From Azolla caroliniana (taxonomy: Eukaryota > Plantae > Polypodiophyta): a stretch of DNA of 64,000 nucleotides. Below the pieces are notes generated by a model. The model worked only from the letters and a program-made list of their open reading frames with translations, was not told the origin of the DNA and did no database searches. Position 1 is the stretch's first letter, and each line of letters starts with the position of its first letter. The DNA lies in contig JBHGNT010000014.1 in assembly GCA_043228905.1 (NCBI GenBank), positions 4,154,001 to 4,218,000 of the forward strand, in the 5' to 3' direction. A program made the translations under genes and the position numbers. Shown piece by piece: positions 25,451 to 38,758 of the stretch.

Positions 25451-28400
25451 TGGTGAAAACACACAATTATATTAATAAATGTGTGTGAAAAACACTACAT
25501 ACAATACGTGTGACAATGGAGTATGGTCACACACTAACCACACTACACTACATGGGTAGTGGAACATGTTGAATTGCCAATAGGCAAGACGAACACTCCA
25601 CTAAGGAAAAAATTTCCACTTGTTCCAATAAAGAAAATTGCTACATTAGTACTCCCTTCAACTTTCGTAGATATGCTTTCACTCCATGTCTACCATCGAA
25701 TACAAAAGTGTTGCACTTGTTCCAATTATGACGCAATCCCCAATATCTCAGAAATAGGAAAACAATCTCCATCTCTGATTTTGGGTCAGCCTGTGTAAAT
25801 TGTGCAAACACCCATTGTCTAGGTGTCAAATAACTCCGTGATAAAACTTGCCAAATTTGAGAAATGTAACTCCAAATTTGACAAGCAATTGGACATTGTA
25901 TAAATCAATGACTACTATCTTCTATCTGAACTGTGCAAAAGAAACAGGTACCCGTTGCTAGTCCACGACGCTTTAAAGCTAATCCCAAAGGCAATCCTTT
26001 GATCAAAACTCTCCAAATGAATACCTTTGCAACAAGTGGCAATTTAGAATGCCAACTACGTTGTAAGATCTGCCACCACCCATGATCAGATTTGTGTATT
26101 TTCTATTCTTCTTCAGCCTTAGATGATAACCATCCAAGAGACTCAACGGAACAATGATACAAAAGATTAGTAGTCACTTGTAACAATGGTGTTTGACCCC
26201 TTAAACTCCAATCAATCCACGGTTGTTCTCCTGTTTGTAGAGGTAAGGGACCTTGCATCAATGCAATATTCTGTAGTTGTTGCCAAATAAACCCATAATT
26301 AGGCGGGATGCGTAATAATTGTCGTGCTTTAGTAAACTCCAAAATTCTTTGAGATGGAACCTCAACTATATCTCCCACCTCTTTGACCCCCAAACGAAAC
26401 AAACGATTAAATTGAGAACACAATCTCTCCTTTCCTGGCCAACATAATAACCGAGAAGACACAAGTAACTCTTTTTGCAAAGAGTTACAATAGATGATGG
26501 TTTCCATACACATAACAAGAGTGCTTCTTGCCATGAGGTAACTAAGTGTTGAACACATGAAGAACCCAGAATCCTAAGTGAAATACATCCATTCAGTAAT
26601 TGCCACCATGAAGCCTTAATCGTTGTCCTCCCATGTGTTAAACCCTTGTTCTCAATGAAATATCGAACAATAGATATCCATGGTTGTGAGTTTGAACACA
26701 TGTCTTGTAATAATGAAAATCTACGAGCCATCATATGCATAGATAAGTTCAATATTCCAACCCCCCCAATCGCTTAGGGGTTGCTAGATGATTCCAAGCA
26801 ATCCATGTGATTCCCATCTTATCCCTCTTCTTCCACAACAAATATCAAAGAGGTTGCAAAATAGAATTCAACGCCTTCTTTGTCCATGGCAATAATGGCA
26901 AGTAATATAATATAATGGGTTCCATAATACATTGTACAACCTTCAAGCGAACATGAAATGGCCAAGATTGTGACTTCCAATACATGAATGTATCCCTCAA
27001 CTTACTAGACATCCATTCAATCAATTGACCATTTGTAACATTCATTCCTAATGGATAGCCCAAGTGTCGAAAAATAGAGCCTTTCTTCACCACGGATCCT
27101 TGCCATCCTAAACATTCCAAATCCTTTTCAGTGCATGATATGAGACTAGACTTCCTCCAATTAATATGTAATCCGGAAGCCAATGCAAACTGATTCCATA
27201 CAAGCATCCCCTTCTCAAGATTCTCCCGTGAGGCTTGTAAAAACATGAAAGAATCATCCGCCAAAGCTTGTGCTACTATTTGCCCTCCGGACGGAAGGTG
27301 TAAACTCACAATGTCACCATTTATTGCAAGTCTTGATAACATCACTAACAAAGGATGAGTAACAATAGCAAACAACAATGGGCTAAGAGGGCATCCTTGA
27401 CGAATGGATCTTGTGAGGGCAATATCTGATGTAACTCCCCCATTAAGCATTACTCGAGACACTGCATCTTGTCCTAATAAAAATATGAGGCGAGACATAC
27501 GGGGTACAAAGTCCATTGTATGCATTAACCTAGAAACAAAAGACCAATTAACATGATCATAAGCTTTCTCCAAATCTAATTACACCATAATCAATTCTTG
27601 ATGAGTGTTCCGAGCATAATCCATGGCCATTTGAACATTCAACACATTATGCAATATATTTCTACTTGCAATAAAACCATATTGGGCAGGGTGTATCAAC
27701 TTTGGCAGATACTTTTGTAATCTATTTGCCAAGACCTTCATAAATATCTTGTACAACCCCCCCATCAAAGAAATAGGTCTCCATTGATGAAATGACTCAG
27801 GAGATGCCACCTTTGGAACTAGTTTAATTAGACCAATCTTCCAAGCTTGAGGCATACAACTAGAATCCCAAGACTGTTGAAACATCAAAGTCAAGGGCCC
27901 CTTTAAAATGTTGGAATATCTCTTAAAAACTTCATTTGTCAAGCCATCCCAACCAGGGCTCTTACCACTAGGAAGATGCCTTAAAACTACATCCACCTCA
28001 TCCTCAGTGAAATCCGCATCCAATTCATGACTAATGAGATCATGCACAATACATCCAACCACATCATAAAACTCATGATGTGCTCTACTCACCTCATATG
28101 TCATTAACAATTGTGGACCAATCAACTCCTTAAAGTAATGAAGACATGTCAATTATTGTTGTAGGATCCACTATCAATTCATCCCCTTGCTTCACATGTA
28201 CCACATTAGATCGAGCATAAGTAGGATGTAATGCTTGGAAAAACAAATGAGATTGACATTGATTATCAATGAGTCCTTCCCTGAGTTGTTGCATCTTAGC
28301 ATAACGATAACTTTGGCGTTGCAACTGAGAAATAATAACATGCAATTGACTCTGAATATCCAAAAGCTCCTCATCTAATGGTGTATGTATCAATAATGCA

Positions 28401-29066
28401 TTACACCTAGAGAGAACTTGTGAGAATTGTCGAATAAGACCTCTTTTTCGTTGAGCATTGGTTACTCCATACATACGATGAATGATGTTAATGTTTCGTA
28501 ATGTGATATCCCATGCTTTAACTCCTTTAAGATTCACTTGTTGAGAAAAATTTACCAAAATTTGCTCCATGAGAGAATCAAAGTGAGGTTGAAGCAAAAG
28601 AGAAGAGTTAAAGCGTAGTGGAGGCTTTCCAAGTAAAGATTTATACATGTCAATTGCATGATTACACACCTCCAAGCAAATAGGAAAGTGATCTGAAGTT
28701 CCAACATCTTGTAGAATGTTCATACGAAGTGATGTCGGTAAAAAAGAATCATCATGAATCACATACATTTTATCTAATTGACTCCATGTTTGTCTATGTT
28801 GAGCAGATTGGAAGGTAAAACCTGGATCATTCCCTTGCAACCATGTCCAAACATCCAACTTCAGAACCTCCATAGCCAATGAGTCCCAAGCAAGTTACTC
28901 AGGATCATCCATGATTGAATGTTCATACGTGGATTGAAATGCATCAACACACTTGTTAAAATCGCCCATAAGTAATCCTGGACGTCCAATAGATAGGGTT
29001 TGAAGGAGTGGTCCCCATAATGCAATACGTTGAGTGGCTTGGTTAGGGGCATAAATCCCAACCACT
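25451..29066 (-). mobile_element. L1/Tx1-type LINE, 3' part (APE endonuclease C-half, RT, C-terminal Cys/His region), degenerate
   Basis: GIYAPN, LMGDFN, SDHFP, KSPGWDG, WRPISL, EKAYDHVNW, RQGCPLSPLLF, ADD, HLGYPLG. Contains stops and frameshifts. The 3' end abuts (GA)n with no poly(A). Confidence 0.92.
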
Positions 29067-31911
29067 ATGCGGGCCTTACGGATGGAAGCTGTCCCCGACA
29101 AAGGTAGAAGCCATCTCCACGATGAAGGATGATTGCGGGTCGGTTACGGAGGTCCGAAGGTTCCTGGGGGCATGTGCATTCTATCACATCTGGATTCCGC
29201 ACTACGCGCATGTCGCGGAACCACTTTACGGGTTATTGAAGAAAGGGTGCTGGTTCGAATGGAGGACGGAACACACGGAGTCGGTCTGGAGATTGAAGGA
29301 GGCGCTCGCCGTGGCACCGGCTCTCCGGAAAGCGGTTTACGGCAAGGAAGTCCCCATTTACATGAGGGTGGACACGAGCCCGACCGGGATCGGGTGGGTG
29401 ATCAATCAGGAAGACAAGGACGGCGTACGGTTCCCGATCCGGTTCGGGGCAAAGGTATTGAGCGAGCGGCAGCGAGGATACACCCAAATTAAGCGCAAGC
29501 TGTGGGGTATCGTTTTGGCAGTCAAGGCCGACAAGGACTATTTGATCGGGACGGAAGTGATCATTGAGACGGACTGCCTACCGATTCTGGGTATGGTTTC
29601 CGGATGCGCGACTCTGGACCTGGCAATGCTCAGGTGGATCGCGTACATCAAGTCCCTGAACCCGGAGATACGGCACATCTCCGGAAAGGATAATGCCATG
29701 GCCGATATGCCTTCAAGGGCGCGGTTCAGCGATGAGGACGGCATGGTTTCGGATGACGAAGATGTTGGCGAGGACTTCTTCGGGTCAGCTAACGTGGCAA
29801 CTAGGGCGAGGAGCACTCCGGCGCTTAACGAGTTCGACGAGAGCGGATACGACGGGGAGTGGCTCCAAATAGGAAGGTTCCTGCGGGCAATGACACCGGA
29901 CACGACGTGGACTAGAGAAGAGGCCAACCGGGTGCAAAAGAAGGCGTACCGATTCTTCCTACGAGGAGGGTGCATATGGAGGCATCCAAAGAAGCGTAGT
30001 GGCACCCCACTCCACGTAGTGGCGAGGGAAGACGAGCAGAAAGCGTTGCTTATGGTGTATCACGACAGTCCTTGGGCAAAGCACCGTGGGACATGGGCTA
30101 CGTTCGAGAAGCTCAAGGGTAAGTATTGGTGGCCGGGGCTATACCGAGACGTGCATCATTTTGTGACGACTTGTGAGAGTTGCCAATTGCACTCTACAGT
30201 CTGACATTGAGACGAGCTTCATCCAACCTACCCACCAACCATCCACTTCAAATGGATGGTGGATTTAGTGACTATGCCAATGGGGGTACGACAGATGCGG
30301 TATCTGGTGCTGGCCCGAGAGGACCTGACGAATCAAGTGGAAGGTTGCGCACTATAGAACAAGACGATTGCGGCCATGTGCCGGTTTCTTATAGAAGATG
30401 TGATATGCCGGTACGGGTGCGTTGGGAAGATCATAGCGGATCGTGGGGAGCTAGACGTGCGGGAAGTTGAGGAGTTGTTTGACTGATTGGGGGTCAAACT
30501 CTCCCTCACCACGACGTACAATCCGGAGGCAAACGGGAAAGTGGAACGCGGCCACAGGCCTATTGTCAAGGCATTAGTACGTGCATGCGAATGATAGGTC
30601 GGGAGTTGGTCGTGGCTCCTTCCTTACGCACTATGGGCGGATCGAACTACGCACAGTTTGGTGACGGGGTTCATGCCAACGGAGCTGATGTACGGGCAGA
30701 AGCCAATCATGCCGGCGGAGAAAACGATCGCTTCGTGGGCCTCGCTGAACTGGAAGGACGAGATGAGCCGGGAAGAGTTGTTGGCAGCAAGGATCCGGCA
30801 ACTCGAGCGAAGACCGGAAGACGTGGAGCGGGCGAAGGAAAGGTTCTGCGCATCACGAGAAAAGAACAAAGGTCGGTTCAACCGTGTTCACCGACTAAGG
30901 CCGAGGAGGATCGAGGAAGGTGATTGGGTGCTGGTGTACGACAACAACCTCGACAATTAGCACAAGGCGGTGCGTAAGTTTGCGAGGAGGTGGTTCGGGC
31001 CCTACATGGTAACAAGGGCAAATGACAACGGCACGTATCATCTCGCGGAGCTCGACGGGACACAGATGGCAGTGCCAGTGGTAGGAAAAAGGGTCAAGGT
31101 ATTCAAGAAACGGCAAGAAGGCGAGCCAGACCCGGAACACGCAACCGACGACGACGACCAGCTCAAAACTTACGAGGATCTAGGTAGCGACGGGTGAAGG
31201 CGGGCCGGTTTTCTCCGACCAGTGTTGTATCTGGCGCATACCGGTGGACGCGCGGTTTGGTGGGGGTGGATGTCGTGGAGAAAACCATCCCTAGTAGGAA
31301 ACGAGAGAAACCGTGCACGAACAGGCCCTTTCATGTGTGGGCGTGTGAATTGATAACTTGTACATAATTATGTGTAGGGCGGCTGATGTGCATATACTAG
31401 GTGTGACATATTTATTAGGAAATCAATGCGTATCTCTGTCCGAAGGGACAGAGAATAAAGTAAGGTGACTATGACTGAAGGAGAGGGGTCTCTCCCCAAC
31501 GACCTATGTAAGAAAGAAAAGAAGGAAGAATAGGGGGGGAGGCGTGAGCGAGGACGAAGTGCTGCCGGGCCGTGTACCGAGCTCTCTCTCTCTCCTCCTT
31601 CGGTTGTCATTCTCTGCGGGTTTTAGAGATCGTCGCCTCTGTTTCGTGGACAACCGGTGTGCTTCCAACAGAGGCTCTCTCTTTGCGTTTCTGTGTTTGG
31701 CGTGTGCCATCTGTGTGTGTGCGTGGAACCCCGAGCTGGGTCTGTCGCCGGCTTGCCGGTTGTAATCATTTGGCATTATAATCGAATCTTCTGTTTGTCT
31801 CTCTCTTGCTTTGTGTTTCAGCAATCGCTCTTTTTCTCTCTCTCACGTTCCTTGGTTCAGGGCCCCCGGGGTTCCGTCTCGTTTCACACGCGAAAGCGTA
31901 GTAACACGACA
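29067..31911 (+). mobile_element. Ty3/gypsy element 1, 3' part (RT end, RNase H, integrase, PPT, 3' LTR 31271-31911), inverted
   Basis: EVRRFLGACAFY, VDTSPTGIGW, ETDCLP, HRGTWAT..CESCQ, YNPEANGKVERGH and the GPY/F motif RWFGPY. LTR TGTCGTGG...CACGACA matches 38131-38758 in the opposite orientation. Confidence 0.92.
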
Positions 31912-33150
31912 ACATACTAGGCTGGATCCGTAGGCCTCTAACGGCCAACCGGTTTCATCCAGACACCGATCCAGTTCTCCTTTCCAGGTACCGATCCAAC
32001 TCTGGCTTATTCAGTCGATCTGGATCCGGTTGAGCTTGCTCGCTCAACACTCCCCCTCAAGCTCAATTTGAGGTCGGATTGTGGTGTTAGTGTCTGTAAT
32101 AGCCGGTCCTTTCCTCCGATTCCTTCTAATGTCTTCTCGCCTTGCTTGCGCTCCTCGTCCGGTCCGGTTCTGCTTCCCACGACCCATCTGGTTCTGCGCA
32201 CCTCATCCTCCTTGGTTGGCTTGTCTACTCAGCAGGCCTATCTTAGCTCCTTCGCCGCTATGACTCCGGCGCTTATCGACCCATCGGTTCCTCCGTGTCG
32301 ATGTCGACTTCCGCTACCTTCTTGTCCACTTGGCCTTTAGTTGATCCGGCTCTTCCGAATCCAACTATTGAACCGAATCGTCTTCCTCCGATTCGTTCCA
32401 ACTCTTGTCCGAGTTGGTAGTCTCCAACTCATCTTCTGTTTTTAGGCCCTTCACCACATCAGACCACGTTCGGGTCTTGGCCTTCTTCCGGTCGGCTCTG
32501 TCCTTCTTGACTCTGCCGCTGCTGCCGCTTGCTCCGACTTGTTCGGATGTGTTGACTCCTTCGGTCGGCTCGGCTTTCTTTGTCTGCTCATCTCCCCCCT
32601 TGGTTCTTTCTTCTTCTCCGTCTCCTTGTCCAGTGCCATCCATTCCCGTTCTTGTTCTCCCCCTCAAGTGTGGCACATCGAGATGCTAAATGTCGAGCAT
32701 CTCCGAAAAATGCTGCAACTTGTCCGATCCGAGTGGCTTTGTGAAGATGTCGGCAACCTGCCGATCCATGTGAACATACCGAAGTTCAACTTCATCGCTC
32801 AAAACCTGCTCACGCACAAAGTGATAGTGCACTTCTATGTGCTTCGTCCGAGCATGGAATACAGGGTTCTTGGTGAGTTGTATGCTACTTACGTTGTCAC
32901 AATAAATCAGGATCGGGGTTGGCACCACGATCTAGAGGTCTCGCAACAGTCGTCGAAGCCAGATGGCTTCACAGGTAGCAATGGTAGAGCCCCGGTATTC
33001 TCAACCCTCCTGCTCTGATACCATGTGAAAGTAAACGTGCGGAAGCGTTCGACAAACCGGCTTAGCCGGATAGCAACAGAAGATGAGAAGGAAAAACTTA
33101 ACACACACACACACACAAAGTACATACACGGGAGAGAGAGAGAGAGAGAG

Positions 33151-35110
33151 GGAGGAAAAAACACTAGAGTGGAGAAGGGAAGAAGAAGCGATTTTGTTTT
33201 TATTGCTGCGCTCTCTATCGGTAACGGAATTGAGCACAAAGACAAGCGTTGGAAAGCCCTCGAGTAGAGCTTCCCAACGAGATATAGCAAGTTGAAGCAG
33301 CGATAGCAATAAGGAATCTTGTGTTGTCGGCATCCACATACTCAAAACTCATTGTGGGTCTTCGATTGCTTTCAAAATCTTCGACCGCTTCAATCGGGCG
33401 AGTTCTGATTTTCTCTCTTGTTCATGGAAAATTGTTTTTATCCCGGATCGATATAATGATGGGCATAAACATGAATTCCTCACAAATTGTGGGGGATATT
33501 GATATGGAAACAATCGATCCAAAAAAGAGTAGTGTGATGGTTGAATGTAATCGTGAAAGGGAAGACATTGGAAGCTCTAAGAGGTTTAAGGGAATTGAAG
33601 AAATTAATGAGAAAAAATTAACATATGCCAAAATAATACATGTAGATGAAGTTGACAAGGATCACTATAATTGGGATAATTTATGGGGAATTGCCAATAC
33701 CTTATTGTTGGATATTGTGGAAGAAAATGAAAATGCAACGAAAGAATGCATTGAAGAGGATGTGCATGACGTGGAAGTTGATGCTAAGGCAGTTTTGCAA
33801 TCATTTGATGTATTCTATGATTGTGTTGTTATATTATTTTTTACCGGAAAACTCCCATATGTTAATTGGATTAAACAATGGTTGAACACAATCGTGTCAC
33901 CAAATTGTGTTGAAAATATATATGCGGAACCACGAGGGTTTTATGATGTGGTATTTCGTTCACCGGAGCATCGAAGTGCATTGTTGGGTAAAGTTCCTGT
34001 GTTTTTTGATAAACAATTGGTGCATGTTATGCAATGGTCCCCCATAGTGGACTATCATGCTTTGTTAAAACAAGAATGTCCTGTTTGGGTTACAGTGGAT
34101 TGTAAGCATGCTTTTTTATGGCCACTTTTACAGAGTTGATGAGTCAAATGGGTAAAGTGTTGGTATCTCCACATGCAAATGCTACAAATAAGTGCAAATT
34201 TTGTGTGTTATGGGATACAAGTCACAAGAGGCCAGGATGGGTGCGTATGAATGCTCTTGGTATGAGAAGTCTTTGTTTTAAACTGAAATGGGAGACATTT
34301 GCAGGTTGTTGTTTTGGATGTGGTGAATGGGGTCACTTTATGGCGGAATGCCACGATCATTGTCCTTCAACTACAGAGGTTCCTATTGAAGGGAACAATA
34401 AGGAAGGAGTTGGGAGAGATGTTGGTGTGTTAGATTTTGTGAATGAAGGAACATCACCTAGAGCAGGTTATAAATAGGTCCCACTTCAAGGTTTGGGCCC
34501 TAAGAATAAGGGAATTGAATCTATGGATATGGAAAAACAAACTTTAGTGATTAAAGATAAGGGGAAAAAACCATTGGATAGAGCTAGTAGTGATGTTGTT
34601 GACAAAGATTGACATGAGGTTAAGGGCAAGTCGAAAGGGAAATCAATGAATATGCAGTAGTAGCTTGCCGACTACTCGTGTGCCTACTTGGCAAGGTAAT
34701 TCAGGAACTTGGGAGGGCCCTCGAAAAGTTCCTTGGCAACGACAATCTAGGGATAAGGGATTACCCCTTCACGTTCAATTTGATTCATGGGACGAGTTGT
34801 AAATTCATCAAATTCTCGAGGTTTTCGTCAAGCGGGAGGACCTAAAAAAAAGATTTCGATAGACAACCCTAAGGATGTGGTGCATGAAAATCCATATGCA
34901 GCATTGGAGCATGCTTTCACTAGTTTCATGACATCAGTTGCTCTAAAGGAGCAAGTGCTCCCATAACATTGTTGATTGAATGAAAGTGGTAACATGGAAT
35001 GTGAGAGGGGCATGTTCTCCTCATAAGAAGTATATACTATGGGAAACTTTGTTAAGTAGAGAATGGGATGTAGTATGTGCAGTTGAGCATAAGTGTCATG
35101 AGTTAGCAGG
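33151..35110 (+). mobile_element. L1/Tx1-type LINE, 5' part (5' UTR, ORF1 with CX2CX4HX4C knuckle, ORF2 start at 34980), inverted
   Basis: ORFs 33321-34139 and 34118-34477 (CFGCGEWGHFMAEC). ORF2 begins MKVVTWNVRGACSPHKK. The segment starts right after (GA)n of the copia LTR. Confidence 0.9.
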
Positions 35111-38100
35111 ATTTTAGGTCCTGTATGAAGCGCAGTGTGCCGTTCTTCTTTGGCACGATAAACCACCGATTTGAATATGGGGCACTCGATGGTTCGAGGA
35201 TGCCCATCTCTACCTTCTGTTTCAGCAGCCCCATCAGCTCCAGAATGTGAGCTCTAGGCACCAGAATTGGTTTGAGATTCCACGGTACATGCGGTCTTGT
35301 GAAGATCACCATTGGTTCTACGATCGTCGGGTCTACGCACCCGATCTCCTCCGGCGAGAACGCGAAGGCCTTCCCGTGCTTTCCGAGCATCCTCCGAAAC
35401 CGGTCCTCCTCCGCCGGCAGTAGAAACCCACCCCCACCAACCTTGAGCTCCCGTAGCGTTATGTCGGTGAACCGGTGTCCTATGCCGGCCAGATTCCGTA
35501 AGCTAGGGTCCGACGCGACCCCTCTCATCCGTTCTTCGCTGCCCTCTAGCAAGGGTGCCGCAACGGGCCTCACCTTCCGGTCCATAGTCTTGTACTTCGT
35601 ATTTATGTAGGCTGTCTGACCCGGCCTGATCTTTTCCCTGAAGTTCGCGATGACTTCGTACATCTCCACCGAGCTAACCGGAATCGTCCAGTCTTCGCTA
35701 AGGCCCTCATCGACTACACCGCATAGCTCTCCCAAGGTGTCGTCAAACGAGACCGCCTCCATGACGCCACTAATTTCCTCATCAGGGTGGAGAGCCCCGC
35801 ATGACCTGAGCCACTCTTCCACCTTCTTCTTCTCCTTGCCGCCGATGACGGTTAATGTACATCCTTCGTTCTCGGAGAGCTAGTATTTTCTACCTATGGT
35901 ACAGGTGTGGGGTTCCTTCGGCGTGTCTGGACTATCGCGGTCCCACACCTTGATAGCCCTATCTAAAAATCCCCTCGGCTATCGCCGCCGAGAGTCTCGT
36001 GGTTACGCTCATGATTCGGTCTCACGGTTAGGAATTGGACAGAGTGTCGTCTGTCTTGACTTTTCACACGCGCGTATGCTGAACCGTTGTCGAGCACCTT
36101 TGTCTCCATGCATGCTGCTGTGATGTACGGTTCGCTGAGTATCACTGGGTGTGAGGACGTCTCTTGCACAAAAAAGTGTTGGTATATCTCAACGTCGCCG
36201 ATCTTCATGCGTACGGTCGGGCACGCCCCGTGTAGCTCCTCCGTAGCGTCGCCCCATGTATCTTCCAGCTGTGTTTGGTGTTGATCGGCCATTTCCCCTT
36301 TTTGTAAAAGTCCATGGACATCAGATTGATCTCGGATCCATGGTCTATTAGCGCCACTACCAGCTCTTGCACATTCCCAACCCGGACGGGGGTCTCGGTA
36401 GTGGCTCTGGCCTAGTGTAACTTAGAATAATGGCTTTCCGCCAACTCGTCCTCCAGGGCCGCATCCTCTAAGTGCGTAGTCCGCATCTCTACAGGCTTCT
36501 CCGGTTCCGGTTCCGCAGAGAGCCATTTGCGCTTCACCAAGTCGACAATGGAGTCGTGGAACTCCTTCTTGGCGATTCCAAGCACCTCCCTCAGCGATAG
36601 CTCCACCTTGTTGTCGAGGATCCGCTCTTCGAGGACCTTCCGCAGGTCCGTCGTTCTTTCTATCTTGGTGCTCAGATGGTACCCGGCGGGCTTGGCCTTG
36701 TCCGGTATGCCGGAATTGCCAGCGTCACTCCTTTTCGGGCCAAACCGGGTGTCGCACCGTTGCAAGGGACCGGCCCCTCCAGCTTTTCCCACGCGCTTGT
36801 CTTCTACTAGAACCTCGTAGTTCTGGTATGCAGCTTCTACGAAGCCAGACTTTTCTTCGACTGGGTCGTCCCACTCGGTGACCTCTCGGATCCGATCCTC
36901 CACGTGGTCCGCTTCTTCCTTCTTTAACCGGACTCCGGAGAGGCCTTCCAGCACTAGTGGCCAGAACCCGGAGTGGCTTGCTTTCTGTCCTTCGTTGCCC
37001 CCTACCCAGATTCCTGCCGACGCCGCGTAATTCACGGCGTCAACGTGACATGCGACAGCCTCTTCCATCAGCCTCTTCATTCCGCCACGCCCAGTATTCA
37101 AATCCAGGGCTCTCTAAGTCTCGCTGGCGTGCACTTACCCATTCCAGAGGTACATTGTGTTGGTTTTGAGCTCATAAGCGAAATCCGCGCAGTCTCTCCG
37201 GGCATGGCCGGCTGCGTCGCACCATATGCATCGGTGACTTGCTGGTGGTCTTCGGTTGCGAGGTTGGTCGCCGCTATCCCGTCGTGCTTGCGCGATCTGG
37301 AGGTCGCGCACCATTTGCGTCAACTACTCCAGCGCCGCTCCTCTGGAGGGACCTTTGACCACGCCGCTTGACGTCGACCCCGTCTCAAGCCAGTTTCGTG
37401 TTTCTTCCTTTCGTGTTGGTGAAGGCTCCTCAAACTGCCTTGCCGGGACGGGCCTCGCTGCCGACGACCCTTCATCACTCCACTCCCGCCGCTTGTCGAA
37501 ATGGCTGCAGACTCCTTTGACCATGGCCCAGTTAGTCGTGAGCCCTTAGTCGGTCTCCAACAAGAGACCTACCTTTTCCTTGTCCAATGCGTTAACCGCT
37601 TTGACGAACAACAGTACCCGGCTCGTATCGAGCACGGTTCGGTCCAACGCCGACAACCGCGTGAACCGCGTTTCGAATTCCCGGAGGAGCGCCAATGTAC
37701 TCCTCCCCTTCCCAGGGCTTTCAACCCATGTCATGAAGTCCTGCTTCGACAGTCGAAGCGAGTCGTCGAACCCATACCTTTCGAGGAGCCGCTCCCCGAA
37801 AACCTCCCACGTCTGGCATCCGGCCAACACCTCGAGCACCTCTGTATGGATGCTCGGCGTCAGCACTCGAGGGAATCCAGATAGCCGCCTGTCTTCAGGG
37901 ATGTCTCTCATGATCATCTCGGCCCGATAGGCCTCCAAATAGCTCGTGGTGTTCTTACCACCAAATCGGCCTATGGTGCCGACGATCGATTCTATGGCTC
38001 TGTCGAGGGTACCTGTTCCCTCACGAGCGCTCACTAGCCGGTCAACGACTACTGCCATAGCTTCAGCAAGCTCGGATCCCCTCATCTTCAACTCCTTTGA

Positions 38101-38758
38101 CGCCTCCTTCACGTTGGGTTCACCAAATTATGTCGTGTTACTATGCTTTCACATGTGAAACGAGACGGGACCGCGGGGGCCCTGAACCAAGGAACGTGAG
38201 AGAGAGAAAAAGAGTGATTGCTGAAACACAAAGAAAGAGAGAGACAAATAGAAGATTCGATTATAATGCCAAACGATTACAACCGGCAAGCCGACAACAG
38301 ACCCAGCTCGGGGTTCCACGCAACACACAGATGGCACACGCCAAACACAGAAACGCGAAGGGAGAGCCTCTGTTGGAAGCGCACGGGCTGTCCACGAAAC
38401 AGAGGCGACGATCTCCAAAGGATGACAACCGAAGGAGGAGAGAGAGAGCTCGGTACACGGCCCGGCAACACTTCGTCCTCGCTCACGCCTCCCCCCTGTT
38501 CTTCCTTCTCTTCTTTTTTACATAGGTCATTGGGGAGAGACCCCTCTCCTTCAGTCATAGTCACCTTACTTTATTCTCTATCCCTTCAGACAGAGATACG
38601 CATTGATTTCCTAATAAATATGTCACACCTAGTATATGCACATCAACCGCCCTACACATAATTATGTACAAGTTATCAATTCACACACCCACACATGGAA
38701 GGGCCGGTTCGTGCACGGTTTCTCTCGTTTCCTACTAGGGACGGTTTTCTCCACGACA
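35111..38758 (-). mobile_element. Ty3/gypsy element 1, 5' part (5' LTR 38131-38758, tRNA-Trp PBS, gag, protease, RT start)
   Basis: PBS TGGTGAACCCAACGTGAA at 38125-38108. Gag knuckle CIWCDAAGHARRDC. Protease ALIDHGSEINLMS. RT start PWNLKP..LEPSSAPYSNRWF..KKNGTLRFIQDL. TSD ACGT at 38759-38762. Confidence 0.92.
35903..35972 (-). promoter_or_regulatory. Putative -1 ribosomal frameshift signal (G GAU UUU + UAG + H-type pseudoknot)
   Basis: Slippery site 35972-35966, 6-nt spacer. Stem 1 GGGCTATC/GATAGTCC; stem 2 AGGTGTGGG/CCCACACCT. The downstream RT ORF lies in the -1 frame. Confidence 0.75.
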
